64,000 nucleotides of DNA from Candidatus Woesebacteria bacterium RBG_16_42_24. GTDB taxonomy: Bacteria > Patescibacteriota > Microgenomatia > UBA8517. The first letter of the stretch is position 1. Each line of letters opens with the position of its first letter. Below are positions 8,714-19,160 of this stretch, piece after piece. The DNA lies in contig MGFX01000006.1 in the NCBI GenBank assembly GCA_001792115.1, positions 18,537 to 82,536 of the forward strand. Direction: 5' to 3'. The notes under the pieces are model-generated. The model had not been told where the DNA came from and did no database searches. It worked only from the letters and a program-made list of their open reading frames with translations. The translations under genes and the position numbers were made by a program.

Positions 8714-10222
8714 CTAGTCTGGTAAATCGTGATTGGATTCCCATTCTTCAAGAGATAATTTGTAGTCGTTAATCATTTTTTCCGCAATATCGAAATTAGA
8801 AAATAACAAATTGTTTTGTTCTTCCATATCTTGCGAAATATCATACAGCTCGAGAGGTTTATGAGTATCCTTTTCGGAGTTTAATATAAGTTTCCAATTT
8901 TTCCATACTATCGCCTTATTTTTGGCTCCATCGCCATTGATAATTAGTTGGCGATCTTCAAGTTGGTTGCCCTTAAGAACCTCTACCAGGCTTTTGCCTT
9001 GAAATTTATATTTTTCATTAATTCCGACTATATCTAATATTGTTGGGGGGAGATCAGTAAGTTGGACAGAATCGGACACTACTACTTTTTTCATGTCGGG
9101 AATGTACATGATAAAAGGAATCCGGATATTTGAATTGTATATAGTAATGTGGGTTATTTCTCCGTGTTCTGCAAACTCTTCACCGTGCTCGGCGCTAATT
9201 ATTAAAATTGTATTATTCTTTAGCGATTCGTCGTTGATAAATGAAATTAGTGCTTCTATGGCCGATTCGTCTAGTTCATGAATTCTTTGATCGTAGAGAG
9301 CTTTTATGTATTCAATATGTCTTTTGTTATTAACGTCAATTTTTTGGTTCCAGTTAAACCACTGTATATAACTCGAGAGTGAAGTCGCCAAGTCTGTATC
9401 TAGAACTTCCTGATAATACTGCTTAAGAGCCGGATAGTTGTTCTTATTTCTATCGATAAATTCCAAAAATTCCTTTAACTTGCCCGACTCCGTCCTTCCC
9501 GATTTAATATCCTGCGGTATTTGCACAGACAAATATTCAAAAAATTCTTCCGAGGGATTAGCTAAAACATCCCCAAACGTGTGCGGGATTTCCGGAACAT
9601 TATCTGAGGTATAAATCTTTGGTCTGTCTTCGGTTAAATAGGGGGCATGGACTGAATAATCATTAACATATAAAAAAGTCTTCTTACCAGCTTTGACATT
9701 TTCCTTAAATTCTTCGAATAGGTTCTTCCAGGGATATTCGTTTAAATACTTATCTATGCCACGATTAAGCGCGTTTTTGACAGGTATTGCAGGATTTTCT
9801 AAAGGTACTCCAAAAAGCGTTGTATAGCCGTTTTTCTGTAAAATCTGTGGCAGAAAAGGCGTGTTCCCATTTAAGACGTCATTATAGGTTATTACTTTAT
9901 GTGTTTCAGGATATAGTCCGGTAAATTCGGAGACCGACGAAGGTAGAGTCCAAAACGAGTTTGAGTACGCATTAGCGAAACGGATATTCTCTTGCGCAAA
10001 CTTGCAGAGGTTGGGCGCAGTATTCCTGGGGTAGCCGTAGCAAGGCAGGTGTTTTGCGCTTAAAGTATCCAAAGAAATCCATACGATATTACAATCTTTG
10101 CATAAAGGGTTTTGTTTTTTTATCTGTCTTAAAATAAATGAGCCGGCAAAATAGGAAGCAAGCAATATGCATCCTAAAATAAAGAAAGGTTTGATTATTT
10201 TTTTAAAGCGTATGATACTCAC
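8714..10222 (-). CDS. Sulfatase-like (alkaline phosphatase superfamily) membrane-anchored protein
   Basis: NIVWISLDTL, TAPNL, WTLPSSVSEFTG, AEHGEEF.EHG, ELYDISQD. Confidence 0.88.
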   Translation of the reverse strand: MSIIRFKKIIKPFFILGCILLASYFAGSFILRQIKKQNPLCKDCNIVWISLDTLSAKHLPCYGYPRNTAPNLCKFAQENIRFANAYSNSFWTLPSSVSEFTGLYPETHKVITYNDVLNGNTPFLPQILQKNGYTTLFGVPLENPAIPVKNALNRGIDKYLNEYPWKNLFEEFKENVKAGKKTFLYVNDYSVHAPYLTEDRPKIYTSDNVPEIPHTFGDVLANPSEEFFEYLSVQIPQDIKSGRTESGKLKEFLEFIDRNKNNYPALKQYYQEVLDTDLATSLSSYIQWFNWNQKIDVNNKRHIEYIKALYDQRIHELDESAIEALISFINDESLKNNTILIISAEHGEEFAEHGEITHITIYNSNIRIPFIMYIPDMKKVVVSDSVQLTDLPPTILDIVGINEKYKFQGKSLVEVLKGNQLEDRQLIINGDGAKNKAIVWKNWKLILNSEKDTHKPLELYDISQDMEEQNNLLFSNFDIAEKMINDYKLSLEEWESNHDLPD

Positions 10223-10228
10223 ATTAGT

Positions 10229-10852
10229 ATGAGAAAAAGCGGGAAAATAATGGTCCTTTTGATTTTGATAGTAATCGGTTTAGTCTACTTTACCATAAAA
10301 AACTCAGCCTGTTTTGAGCTGGATTGTATTTACTTTCCGGGAAAAGAGAACTGGAAACTTGTGGAGATCTATGAAAATTCTGAAAAAGCATGGAAAGGTC
10401 TTTTTGGAATTGAAGACGGATATGTAAGAGTCGAAAAAAAGGTTGTCGATTCTTCCCAATACGCAGGGGAATTTACGAATACACGCCTTATGCAGGTGCA
10501 AAGTATTTTTGATAAGGCCCGCTCTCCTTATCCTGGTGCAATTTCAGATGAAATCGAATGCCAAGAAAAGTTTAAACCAGTTGAAAAAGAAATAACCACC
10601 AGTAGAGGAATGACACTAACCTACTATCGCGAATATCTTAATAATCGCCTTGCCATAGGGACGTGTTTAGACGAAGATGTCGAATATGTAGGATATGTAG
10701 CAATATTTTATTGTTCTGAATCCTCCGAGTGGTATCAGATGGAAATAATAAAGCCGTCTGAAAAAAGGGGATTGGAAGAAGATTATATTTCTCTTTTTAA
10801 AGAGATTAGATGTCAACGACCGTTCTCGAAAATGGGTAAGCTTTTACCCTGA
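10229..10852 (+). CDS. Exported hypothetical protein with several Cys
   Basis: N-terminal TM/signal, 207-aa ORF. Confidence 0.7.
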   Translation: MRKSGKIMVLLILIVIGLVYFTIKNSACFELDCIYFPGKENWKLVEIYENSEKAWKGLFGIEDGYVRVEKKVVDSSQYAGEFTNTRLMQVQSIFDKARSPYPGAISDEIECQEKFKPVEKEITTSRGMTLTYYREYLNNRLAIGTCLDEDVEYVGYVAIFYCSESSEWYQMEIIKPSEKRGLEEDYISLFKEIRCQRPFSKMGKLLP

Positions 10853-12831
10853 ACAAATTCCGGTGATTCAACTTTTAAAGCTTTCATGATAGTGGGGTAT
10901 TGGTCAATGAGGGGGAATGGTTTGTCCCCAATATAGAAATTCTTTTTTACTCCGGGTCCGGAAATTATAAAAGGCGTCCACATTCCGGGTACTTCTTCGG
11001 CGTAAATAGCCTGTTTATAACCTGAAACATTGGGTTCTGAGAATATTCTTAAATCCTTTGACATTTCTTCATTCCACCCGTAACCAGGAGAATTTGCTAT
11101 GACCAGGTCTCCGGTTCTTTCCTGGTCCAATCTCAGGAAGTTTTTTGCATCTTCCCATTTGACTATGTCGACAACAGGTTGTACCCCGTTTTCATCCTGC
11201 AACTCTCTTAATGTCGAAATGACCTCATTTCTAAGTTTTTCATAGTCTGGACCGCTGGCTCTAATATAGTTACCATCAAGTCCCCCGGGATTGATATAAA
11301 CGTGAGCCATTTTCAGATAAATTACTTTTGTATTCTTCCAGTCGATAATGGGCTCTCCGGTGTTAGAATCTATTTTAAATTTAAGCCAGCCTTTTTGCGC
11401 AAAAAGATTGTTTAAATTAACACTTCTGTTTAATGGAACGGCTCCGTGGTCTGAAGAAAAAACGATGTAAGTATTTTTATCGGAATTCTTTAAAATTTCA
11501 CCAACTATTGCATCAAGTTTAATATACATATCCTTAACTTCTTCCCAAAGTATCTCTCTTTCCTCGTCTGAAATATTATTGTAGTTTGTGCTTTGGGGAT
11601 CGATGTATCCCATCCACCATTTGCTGGTTAACATTTGATTTGGCGAATATATGTCGTGGATCACTATATCGGGAGAGAAGTTGTCAACCAGTGCGCCCAC
11701 AGCCTTTTTGTGCCACTCAAAAGACATGTCCATTTCGTCAATAAACGTATTTTTGTCCTCCGGATAATAAATAAGTTGTGCCGGGAAATTATCTACAAAG
11801 TCAACCATTGGACCGGCCGAAGCTATCATCTTGTCGGCAGCCTCCTCGGGAAATGCAATATATTTGTTTATATTGTTATATAAAAATCTGAATCTGAAAA
11901 ATTTATCCTCTCCGAGTTTGATTACGGTTGGTTTAAAGAAGGTCGGAACGTCGGTTGTCTTGTCTTCAGTTTTCCATTTCAAGACAATCGGGCTCCAATC
12001 GCCCCATTCGCCCTGAGATAAGTCGGCCAGCGCGGTTTTCTTATCAAGAGAAAAGATTACTTTATCGAAATTCTCCTTGCCGTCGTCTGTGTTGTCGTAA
12101 ACATACGCATATACGTCGGTACCCCAACCCGTCATCTTAACCTCATAAGGATCACTATATGAAGTTGGTGGATTTTGCCATCCGCTGGGGGAGCCGTCGT
12201 CGACATATTCGGTTAGCTGTGGACCAAAAAAGAAAAGTCTTGTGGCCCGGCCCTGTTTTATTCTTTGGGCGAGGTTTCCTTTTTGTTCAAAATTAATTGC
12301 TGAAAAATCAGCGCCCCAACCGCCCCACCTGCCCCTTAACACAGTACCTTTATTAACCTCTGGCGGTGTTGATCCGGGTATGGACAACATGGCGACTTTG
12401 TAGCCTTCCTCCTCTAAGGTTTTCCAAATGGGGGCTACTTTTTTTGCGGTTGAGCGAAATCCCGGAACTGCAACTTTGTCGAGCGGTTTGCCTAGCGACC
12501 TCATTGGGCCGTCAACAACGCCGTTGACTTCAGGATAAGAACCGGTCAGAAGTGCTGCAAAGTTGGTCGGAGTATGACTCGGAAAATTTGGGAAAGAGTA
12601 GCCGTAGGAACCAGTGTCCATCAATTTTTTTATATTGGGGAGCTTTCCCTCGCTTGCCCAGTTATAGATATTAAAAAGATGGGGTTCTGCCCTGACTCCG
12701 TCGGGGATAAACCAGTATAAGGTCATTTTATTGCCCCAAGGGTTAAATATGCTGTTTTTTTTAAATGTCGCTATGAGAAATACAGAAATTAATATCAGGG
12801 GCAGTAGTAGAATCGGATATTTCAGTTTCAT
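10813..12831 (-). CDS. Type I phosphodiesterase/nucleotide pyrophosphatase (AlkP superfamily) protein
   Basis: IPDG, LPNIKKLMDTG, PSHTPTNFAALLTG, SSDHG, PTIMKAL...QGK. Confidence 0.85.
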   Translation of the reverse strand: MKLKYPILLLPLILISVFLIATFKKNSIFNPWGNKMTLYWFIPDGVRAEPHLFNIYNWASEGKLPNIKKLMDTGSYGYSFPNFPSHTPTNFAALLTGSYPEVNGVVDGPMRSLGKPLDKVAVPGFRSTAKKVAPIWKTLEEEGYKVAMLSIPGSTPPEVNKGTVLRGRWGGWGADFSAINFEQKGNLAQRIKQGRATRLFFFGPQLTEYVDDGSPSGWQNPPTSYSDPYEVKMTGWGTDVYAYVYDNTDDGKENFDKVIFSLDKKTALADLSQGEWGDWSPIVLKWKTEDKTTDVPTFFKPTVIKLGEDKFFRFRFLYNNINKYIAFPEEAADKMIASAGPMVDFVDNFPAQLIYYPEDKNTFIDEMDMSFEWHKKAVGALVDNFSPDIVIHDIYSPNQMLTSKWWMGYIDPQSTNYNNISDEEREILWEEVKDMYIKLDAIVGEILKNSDKNTYIVFSSDHGAVPLNRSVNLNNLFAQKGWLKFKIDSNTGEPIIDWKNTKVIYLKMAHVYINPGGLDGNYIRASGPDYEKLRNEVISTLRELQDENGVQPVVDIVKWEDAKNFLRLDQERTGDLVIANSPGYGWNEEMSKDLRIFSEPNVSGYKQAIYAEEVPGMWTPFIISGPGVKKNFYIGDKPFPLIDQYPTIMKALKVESPEFVQGKSLPIFENGR

Positions 12832-12976
12832 GAATACTCTTAAATTGTATCCTAACCCTTGTGTACTACTTATTGATTATCTTGCCAGGAGCCCATGCTG
12901 CCTTACAGCACTGGTAAGAGTATATTGCAATGAGGTATATTTTACAATGATTCTGTTCAAATAGTGTCTGCAATGT

Positions 12977-13924
12977 ATGCCTAAAAAACATTCGTGCCCC
13001 CTCTGTAGAGGTGTAAAAAATAAATTTATTGAAAGAATTTCGTTAGACGATCTCTCCTTTTTGTACGAGAAACAATTGGGGAGTAGTGCGCGGCCTCTTT
13101 TTACAAAATCTGTATTTAATTACCTAAAACTTCTTAAATGTGGAAGGTGTGGCCTAAAATATTTTCAGCCAAGTCTTAGAAGTTCAAGACAGATTGATTA
13201 TCTACTGGAAACCAAAGACTGGTATTTTCTGGACAATAAAGAAGAATTTATCCAAGCGATAGAAAATATTGCTCCCAAAAGTAAGGTGTTAGAAATTGGT
13301 GCCGGAAATGGAAATTTTGCATCAAAATTGGCCAGTCGTTATTACAGGGGTTTGGAAAAAAGCCGCTCCGCCAGGGAAATCGCAAGTTCGAAAGGCATAA
13401 AACTACTCGGGGAGAGTTTATTTGAACACTCCAAAAAGAATAAAAATATGTATGATGCCATCTGTATGTTTCAAGTACTTGAACATATATCTAATCCCAA
13501 CGCTTTTTTGAAATCGGCTTTAAGGTGCCTAAAGGCTAATGGAAAACTTATTATATCTGTTCCAAACGACGATTCTTTTGTAGGAGTGGTACTTAATCAC
13601 GAATTGAACTTTCCCCCTGTTCATAAAACACGTTGGAATAGAGAGGTTTTCGATTTTATTGCAAAAAAATTTGGACTAAATATTGAGAAGCTATATTTAG
13701 AGAAACTCAGAGACGAACACCTTGAATGGTATTTAGAGACTTTATTTGTTAATAACCTAAACATCCTTCTTAAGAGGAAATCTCGGTTAATCGATTTATC
13801 ATGGCAAGCCAATATTTTGGTTAAAGTAGCTAAGATTTTCGCTAGATTTCTTGCAAAAGGCATTTCCCTTAAAAATATGAGGCCCACAGGAGCGTCTTTG
13901 ACGGTGGTAATGGGAAAGAACTAA
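12977..13924 (+). CDS. Class I SAM-dependent methyltransferase with N-terminal Zn-binding Cys pairs
   Basis: CPLC...CGRCG, VLEIGAGNG, MFQVLEHI.NP, LIISVPN. Confidence 0.88.
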   Translation: MPKKHSCPLCRGVKNKFIERISLDDLSFLYEKQLGSSARPLFTKSVFNYLKLLKCGRCGLKYFQPSLRSSRQIDYLLETKDWYFLDNKEEFIQAIENIAPKSKVLEIGAGNGNFASKLASRYYRGLEKSRSAREIASSKGIKLLGESLFEHSKKNKNMYDAICMFQVLEHISNPNAFLKSALRCLKANGKLIISVPNDDSFVGVVLNHELNFPPVHKTRWNREVFDFIAKKFGLNIEKLYLEKLRDEHLEWYLETLFVNNLNILLKRKSRLIDLSWQANILVKVAKIFARFLAKGISLKNMRPTGASLTVVMGKN

Positions 13925-13928
13925 ATGT

Positions 13929-14795
13929 TTAGGTATAAAGATTTAAGCCGGGTTTTATAATTGGGAGTTTGTGCATTTTTGCCAACAGGTCCTCGTAAAT
14001 ATTTTCATCTTGACGTAACTTTTTGTTGTTTTTTAACCTCGTATAACTTTCATTAATATCTAAATTTTTTGCCGGTGCCAAAAAAAGAATTAGCTGAGTT
14101 TTGGACCCTTTTTCTTGAAAGTCAGAGAAGGTGTAAACCTTTGGGAAAAATTTATTCAAAGAAGCCAGACACCTGCGTTCAAAAACCAGGTCTTGCCCTT
14201 TTAATTTTCCTATGACGATATATATCAGCAGGCCATTTTTATTAAGGAGACTGTGGAGTTTTTTAAATGTTCTTAGAGTGCAAAAGGGATACATATCTTT
14301 TGTCGAAAGTCCACGTTTGCGGGTCAGCCCGATATCCGAATAAATTATGTCGTATTTCTTTTTGGTGTCTTTCAAAAAGAGAGTAGCGTCTTGGTGGAAA
14401 ATTCTATAATTTTTGTTCTTCGGCAAGCCGAAATACTTTTCGGCTAATTTTGTATTTAGTTCGTCGCGCTCTACAACGTCGATATAATCGGGTTTATAGT
14501 TCCTCCAAACATATGAGGGAACAGCATTAGGTCCACCCCCTAGAAAAAGGAGAGATCTTGGTTTCGGATTTACTATGTCCGCCAAAAAGTAGGGCGAGTA
14601 TAAAGGGAAATTATTTCTTGTATCGATACCGGCAACAAAAAGACGATTACTCGCATACATGACCCTCTGGTGACTTATCGGTTTTTCTACAACCGTAATT
14701 TTTCTGAAATTCGATTTTCCCTGAAATAATATAATTTCATCCGAGCCCGCGAAGTTTTTTTTGATTAAGTTTTTGATTAATGAATAAGGTTTCAT
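13929..14795 (-). CDS. Spermidine synthase-like SAM-fold protein
   Basis: LLFLGGG, IDVVERD, AEKYFGL, QDATLFL, KYDIIYSD. Confidence 0.7.
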   Translation of the reverse strand: MKPYSLIKNLIKKNFAGSDEIILFQGKSNFRKITVVEKPISHQRVMYASNRLFVAGIDTRNNFPLYSPYFLADIVNPKPRSLLFLGGGPNAVPSYVWRNYKPDYIDVVERDELNTKLAEKYFGLPKNKNYRIFHQDATLFLKDTKKKYDIIYSDIGLTRKRGLSTKDMYPFCTLRTFKKLHSLLNKNGLLIYIVIGKLKGQDLVFERRCLASLNKFFPKVYTFSDFQEKGSKTQLILFLAPAKNLDINESYTRLKNNKKLRQDENIYEDLLAKMHKLPIIKPGLNLYT

Positions 14796-14874
14796 TTTTC
14801 AATTATCTTAATTCTTTTCGAATGTAAACTTGGCAAGAGGTAAGTAAAGCTTTTTGCCAGAAACGGGAGAAATA

Positions 14875-16182
14875 TCATGTTTTAATACCTCTAAGTTTCG
14901 CGTAAATTGCCTTAGGAGTTTTTCTCAAAGTATATTTAAAAGTTCTGTTAACTTCGTCTTGAAATTTTTTTGCTTCCTTGTGACTGCCGGCGGTGATTTG
15001 GTAATAAACTAAAGATGAGGGTAAATCGTATTTAGGAAAAATCGTACTGCCCTTTTTTACATGCCAATATAACTTAAAATATTTTTTCTTTTTTAATTCC
15101 ATAAGACCTGAAATGTCTGTAACTTCACCCCAGTTGTAATCAAAAACCGATTTGTGGATGATGACATTGTTTTTTGAAATTTTCGGAACTTTTACTTTTT
15201 TGCCGAGACAGATGTCTAAATACATATCTATCATGTCTACTTTGTATGCGTTTTTGTAGGCCAGGGTCATATTCCCTCCGGGCGGTCTTGCCGCAATTTC
15301 CAGAAGAACCGGACCCTTCTTTGTTAATTTGTATTCGGAGTGAAAAGCGCAGTTATCAAGTTCTAAGACTTTAATAATTTTTTTTGCTTCTCTAAAACAT
15401 AAGTTTTTAGTTTTTGTATTATAATCTGCCGGGATAGTGACCGATTCTTGTATAAAATGGGGTAGAGGACTCATCTCGAATTTTGTTATTCCCCAGAAAA
15501 TGATTTTATTTTGCTGCACAAGACCGTCAACACTTACAACATCTCCCTTAATGTACTGCTCAATAAGAAAATCATTTTTGTAAAGGTTGTAATAATTCAT
15601 CCATTCGTCAATACTTGCCTTAATTTGGTCTTTGGATTTGTTTAAAACGGAGAGAAAGTTCGGTTTATTGAGAGTTTTGATATAGGAAATGCCGTAAGAA
15701 TGGCCGGATTTTACGGGTTTCAGGATTGCGGGAACGCCTACTTTTTTGAGTTCTCTATAACCTTTTGCCGGGGTCGAAAAATAACCAAATTTCGGTATAT
15801 TTATGTGATTATGCATACAATATAGTTTCATCAATAACTTATTTCCAGAGGTGCGGCGGGCAACCGAAGGAAGTAAAAATTTAAAACCCAGGGCGTATGC
15901 CAAGTCCGCTGTTTGAATTACGTTCATTTCGAAGAAGGTTGTAATGGCATCAAAATTGACCCCTCTTTTTTCAATGAAGACTAAAGTGTCAATAATTAAC
16001 CTTTCTGAGTCATAAGTGTTTGTTGTAATAATGTGGTCATATTCTACATAGCGCTTAATCCAGTCGGGGTAATTTTCACCGGTAGCAAGAAATAATTCGA
16101 GATTTTTCTTTTTGGCAATGCTGAAGGCATAGTCCGAACTCTGTGTGCCCCAATTTACGATTAAGATTTTATTCCTTTTCAT
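14875..16182 (-). CDS. ATP-grasp ligase (L-amino acid ligase/carnosine synthase-like)
   Basis: NKLLMK, PAILKPVKSGHSYGI, LIEQYIKG, FHSEYK, LLEIAARPPG. Confidence 0.82.
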   Translation of the reverse strand: MKRNKILIVNWGTQSSDYAFSIAKKKNLELFLATGENYPDWIKRYVEYDHIITTNTYDSERLIIDTLVFIEKRGVNFDAITTFFEMNVIQTADLAYALGFKFLLPSVARRTSGNKLLMKLYCMHNHINIPKFGYFSTPAKGYRELKKVGVPAILKPVKSGHSYGISYIKTLNKPNFLSVLNKSKDQIKASIDEWMNYYNLYKNDFLIEQYIKGDVVSVDGLVQQNKIIFWGITKFEMSPLPHFIQESVTIPADYNTKTKNLCFREAKKIIKVLELDNCAFHSEYKLTKKGPVLLEIAARPPGGNMTLAYKNAYKVDMIDMYLDICLGKKVKVPKISKNNVIIHKSVFDYNWGEVTDISGLMELKKKKYFKLYWHVKKGSTIFPKYDLPSSLVYYQITAGSHKEAKKFQDEVNRTFKYTLRKTPKAIYAKLRGIKT

Positions 16183-17431
16183 TATCGACAGATTCAAATT
16201 TTTTTAAGAGCAAGTCCGCCTGATATTTATTAAAATCAGGAAAAAAATAAATTTTAACGAAACAAATAGGATTTTTCGATAAGTTTTTTACAATCATTTT
16301 ATTGCAGCTTATGGGGAAGTTTTGCTGAAGCGCAAGAAGATAGGGAAACTTATTTTTATTTACAATAAGCATTAAAGAAAGGCTGTGAGGAGGGGAGATT
16401 GCTTCTAAAACTAGTCCACATTTTTTTACTTTATCGGCAAAGTATGAACGGACACTTTGGCTATCATTCACTATTTTTTTAATACCTTCTTTACCCAGAC
16501 TTTGGATGGCGGCCCATAAAGCCAGCCCCGGAAGGCTACTACGGGATTCAGCAAATCCCGCACTGAGCCGTTCATTATTAAAAATTAAGTTCTTTCTAAA
16601 TAAAATTACCCCTGAAGGATAAGGGGCAAAAAAAAGTTTATGGGCATCTAAAACCACCGCTTGGACGTATTTACTGTCAAAAGGCAGGAATTTATCCGTT
16701 ATCGGTCTGGTTAAACCTTCAAAAGCCGCGTCAAACCAAATATAAAATTTAAGCTGTTTATATTTTTTGCTAAGTAAATTTACGAGTTTTAAAACCTTCA
16801 AATAATCGTCACTCGTTCCGGTTATTTTGTAACCCAATGTCAGGGGTAACAGAATTCCAAGTTGTTTACCCTTTGCCAATCGCAAGACCATTTTTGTAAG
16901 AAGTTCGATCGAAATACCGTAGTTTTTGTCAAGGCCAACATTGGTCGTAGGTATTTCCATAAGATAGGCTGATTTATCAATGGAGTCGTGCGTAATGGCA
17001 GTCTTTAAAATGAGGATATTTCTTATTTGTTGGTTTTCGAAAAAGGCTTTTCCAAGGGAAATCGCATAGGCATTACCTTCGCTTGCCCCCGACAATATCA
17101 TGCCGGAAACGGCCTTAGATTCTGCCCTATATAAACTGGCCAATTTTCTAATCGCCAAGCGCTCAAAAGTATCTAGTCCAGAACTTTTGCCACTTTTAAC
17201 AAACTCCCCGAAGTGGAAATGGTTATATTTTATGAATTTTTTCCATGCGTAGGTTGACAGCCAATTTGCAGGTTTGACAAAAGGTCCGAAAATTGCCCCC
17301 CTTTTATTAAATAGAAAGAGGTTGACGAAGTTTAGATACAACAATGTTTTATATCCCTGTGGTTTATTGGGAAATCGAAAGGGATCGATATTAAAATACT
17401 TTAAGTACTTTTCGAAAAAATTCCCTCTCAT
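16169..17431 (-). CDS. Group II PLP-dependent decarboxylase
   Basis: SGASEGN, HDSIDKSA, WFDAAFEG, LDAHK (PLP lysine); ATGA overlap with the upstream gene. Confidence 0.85.
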   Translation of the reverse strand: MRGNFFEKYLKYFNIDPFRFPNKPQGYKTLLYLNFVNLFLFNKRGAIFGPFVKPANWLSTYAWKKFIKYNHFHFGEFVKSGKSSGLDTFERLAIRKLASLYRAESKAVSGMILSGASEGNAYAISLGKAFFENQQIRNILILKTAITHDSIDKSAYLMEIPTTNVGLDKNYGISIELLTKMVLRLAKGKQLGILLPLTLGYKITGTSDDYLKVLKLVNLLSKKYKQLKFYIWFDAAFEGLTRPITDKFLPFDSKYVQAVVLDAHKLFFAPYPSGVILFRKNLIFNNERLSAGFAESRSSLPGLALWAAIQSLGKEGIKKIVNDSQSVRSYFADKVKKCGLVLEAISPPHSLSLMLIVNKNKFPYLLALQQNFPISCNKMIVKNLSKNPICFVKIYFFPDFNKYQADLLLKKFESVDNEKE

Positions 17432-18132
17432 GTTTTTTGTATAATCCCGAGGCCAGAAGGGGTTCCCCACGGAATTGTATATGGAACCGTAATTTTGTTT
17501 TTATTTTTAAGTTCTTTCCAAAATTTCCAAACACCAAACTTTAATTTTTCCGGATGTTTTTTAAGTATTACATCGTGGAATAGCATTAGGCCGCCCTTCT
17601 CAAGTCTCGGCCAAAAAAGGCTAAAGTCATTTTTTATTCCCTTGTAAGAATGATCGGCGTCGAGATAAATATATTGCCATTTTTTTTGGGTCCCCATTTT
17701 TTGAAAGTCGGCAGATGTCATTACGTAAGTGTCCAACCAGCGGTGTAAATCATAAAATCCAAAGTGTTTTTCGGGATTAACTTTTTTCCAGAATCCAGTG
17801 CCGCCCCAGCTGTTCGGGTTGTTTTTATCAAATCCAGCATCTACGAAGTCAACGTGCCCGGTTTTATTATTCTTGCAGGCAAGGGCGCAAATTGCCGGAA
17901 TAAATCCCTGTCCTGAACCGATACATAAAACATTTTTGGGCTTAAAATTTGTTATGAGTGCGTAGTGTAGAAAACCATAGCCCAAATCATTTTTCTTACC
18001 GAGGTCTAAGTTGTGGCCAGTGCTGCCTCCATAGTGTGTGATTAAATTTGTGACGACCCTACTAGATATAAGACTTCTCCTTTTTTCTTTTAACCTTAGA
18101 ATTGTCTCTAAGAAATTTCTTTGCAAACTCAT
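17428..18132 (-). CDS. Class I SAM-dependent methyltransferase (Methyltransf_24-like)
   Basis: VLCIGSGQG, YLDADHSY, LEKGGLMLFHD, GVWKFWKEL. Confidence 0.85.
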   Translation of the reverse strand: MSLQRNFLETILRLKEKRRSLISSRVVTNLITHYGGSTGHNLDLGKKNDLGYGFLHYALITNFKPKNVLCIGSGQGFIPAICALACKNNKTGHVDFVDAGFDKNNPNSWGGTGFWKKVNPEKHFGFYDLHRWLDTYVMTSADFQKMGTQKKWQYIYLDADHSYKGIKNDFSLFWPRLEKGGLMLFHDVILKKHPEKLKFGVWKFWKELKNKNKITVPYTIPWGTPSGLGIIQKT

Positions 18133-18344
18133 AGCTATAAAAGAGTAAACGAAATTCTATGGAAGAAACGTTTATAGATTATAGCAAATGTCAAAAACTA
18201 CTGGGTGGATAGCCCCCGTGCTTTGGACCAAGAGGGTGAATTGGGTTTCGATTTATCATAGAATTTGGGGAAAACCGCGGTTTTTGGGTTTATGGTGGAT
18301 GAAAGAATAAACAAGGTATAAAATGCGATAAAATTCAACCGCAT

Positions 18345-19097
18345 ATGAACAAGCAATATTTTGAATTTATATTCGCAATGACCGAGAGGGAGTTTAAAAC
18401 TCGATATAAAAGGGCAATATTCGGATTTATATGGGTTTTAATAAATCCGATCTTGCAAATGCTGATTATAGGGATAATTTTTTCATACTTCATCGACATT
18501 CCCAACTACTTCATTTTTCTATTCTCGGGCTTGATGCCTTGGAATTTTATAACAGCCACAATGACCCGGGGGACGCCAAGTTTTGTAAGCGAAAGGCTTC
18601 TTATAAAAAAGGCGAAATTTCCGCTTGAGGCTATTCCCTTATCGGTAATATTTTCCAACTTTATACATCTGGGAGTGTCGGTTTTTCTTTTTTTAGGGGT
18701 TCTGGTAGTTTTGGGCGGGGGGGGAAATATTAGTCTTGTATTTCTTTTTCTGTCCTTAATTTGGCTCTTGTTATTGAGTTCTGGCTTGGTGTTTTTTACG
18801 TCGACCCTCCATGTTAAATTTCGAGATATAAATTTTATTACACAGGCATTTCTGATAGTACTCTTTTATGCAACGCCGATATTGTATGACCTCAGTCTTA
18901 TCCCGGAAAGGCTCTGGTTTATCTTTTACTTGAATCCTTTAACTTCTATCGTAATGCTTTTCCAGTGCTCGTTTACCGGGCAATGTAGACTTAATCCAAA
19001 TATTGTGGGAGTGAATATTCTTATCGGAATAATTGTAGTTTTGTGTGGAGTTATCGTGTTCAGGAAAAACAAGCGCAACTTGGTTGATTGGCTATAA
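18345..19097 (+). CDS. wzm: ABC-2 polysaccharide export permease (Wzm/TagG-like)
   Basis: REFKTRYK.AIFGFIW..INP, FRDINFI, FYATPILY, LNPLT. Confidence 0.9.
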   Translation: MNKQYFEFIFAMTEREFKTRYKRAIFGFIWVLINPILQMLIIGIIFSYFIDIPNYFIFLFSGLMPWNFITATMTRGTPSFVSERLLIKKAKFPLEAIPLSVIFSNFIHLGVSVFLFLGVLVVLGGGGNISLVFLFLSLIWLLLLSSGLVFFTSTLHVKFRDINFITQAFLIVLFYATPILYDLSLIPERLWFIFYLNPLTSIVMLFQCSFTGQCRLNPNIVGVNILIGIIVVLCGVIVFRKNKRNLVDWL

Positions 19098-19160
19098 GGA
19101 TTTTAAACACGAAAAACCAGAAAAAAGCCAATAATAAGTTTGGAAAGGAAAAAAATTGAA

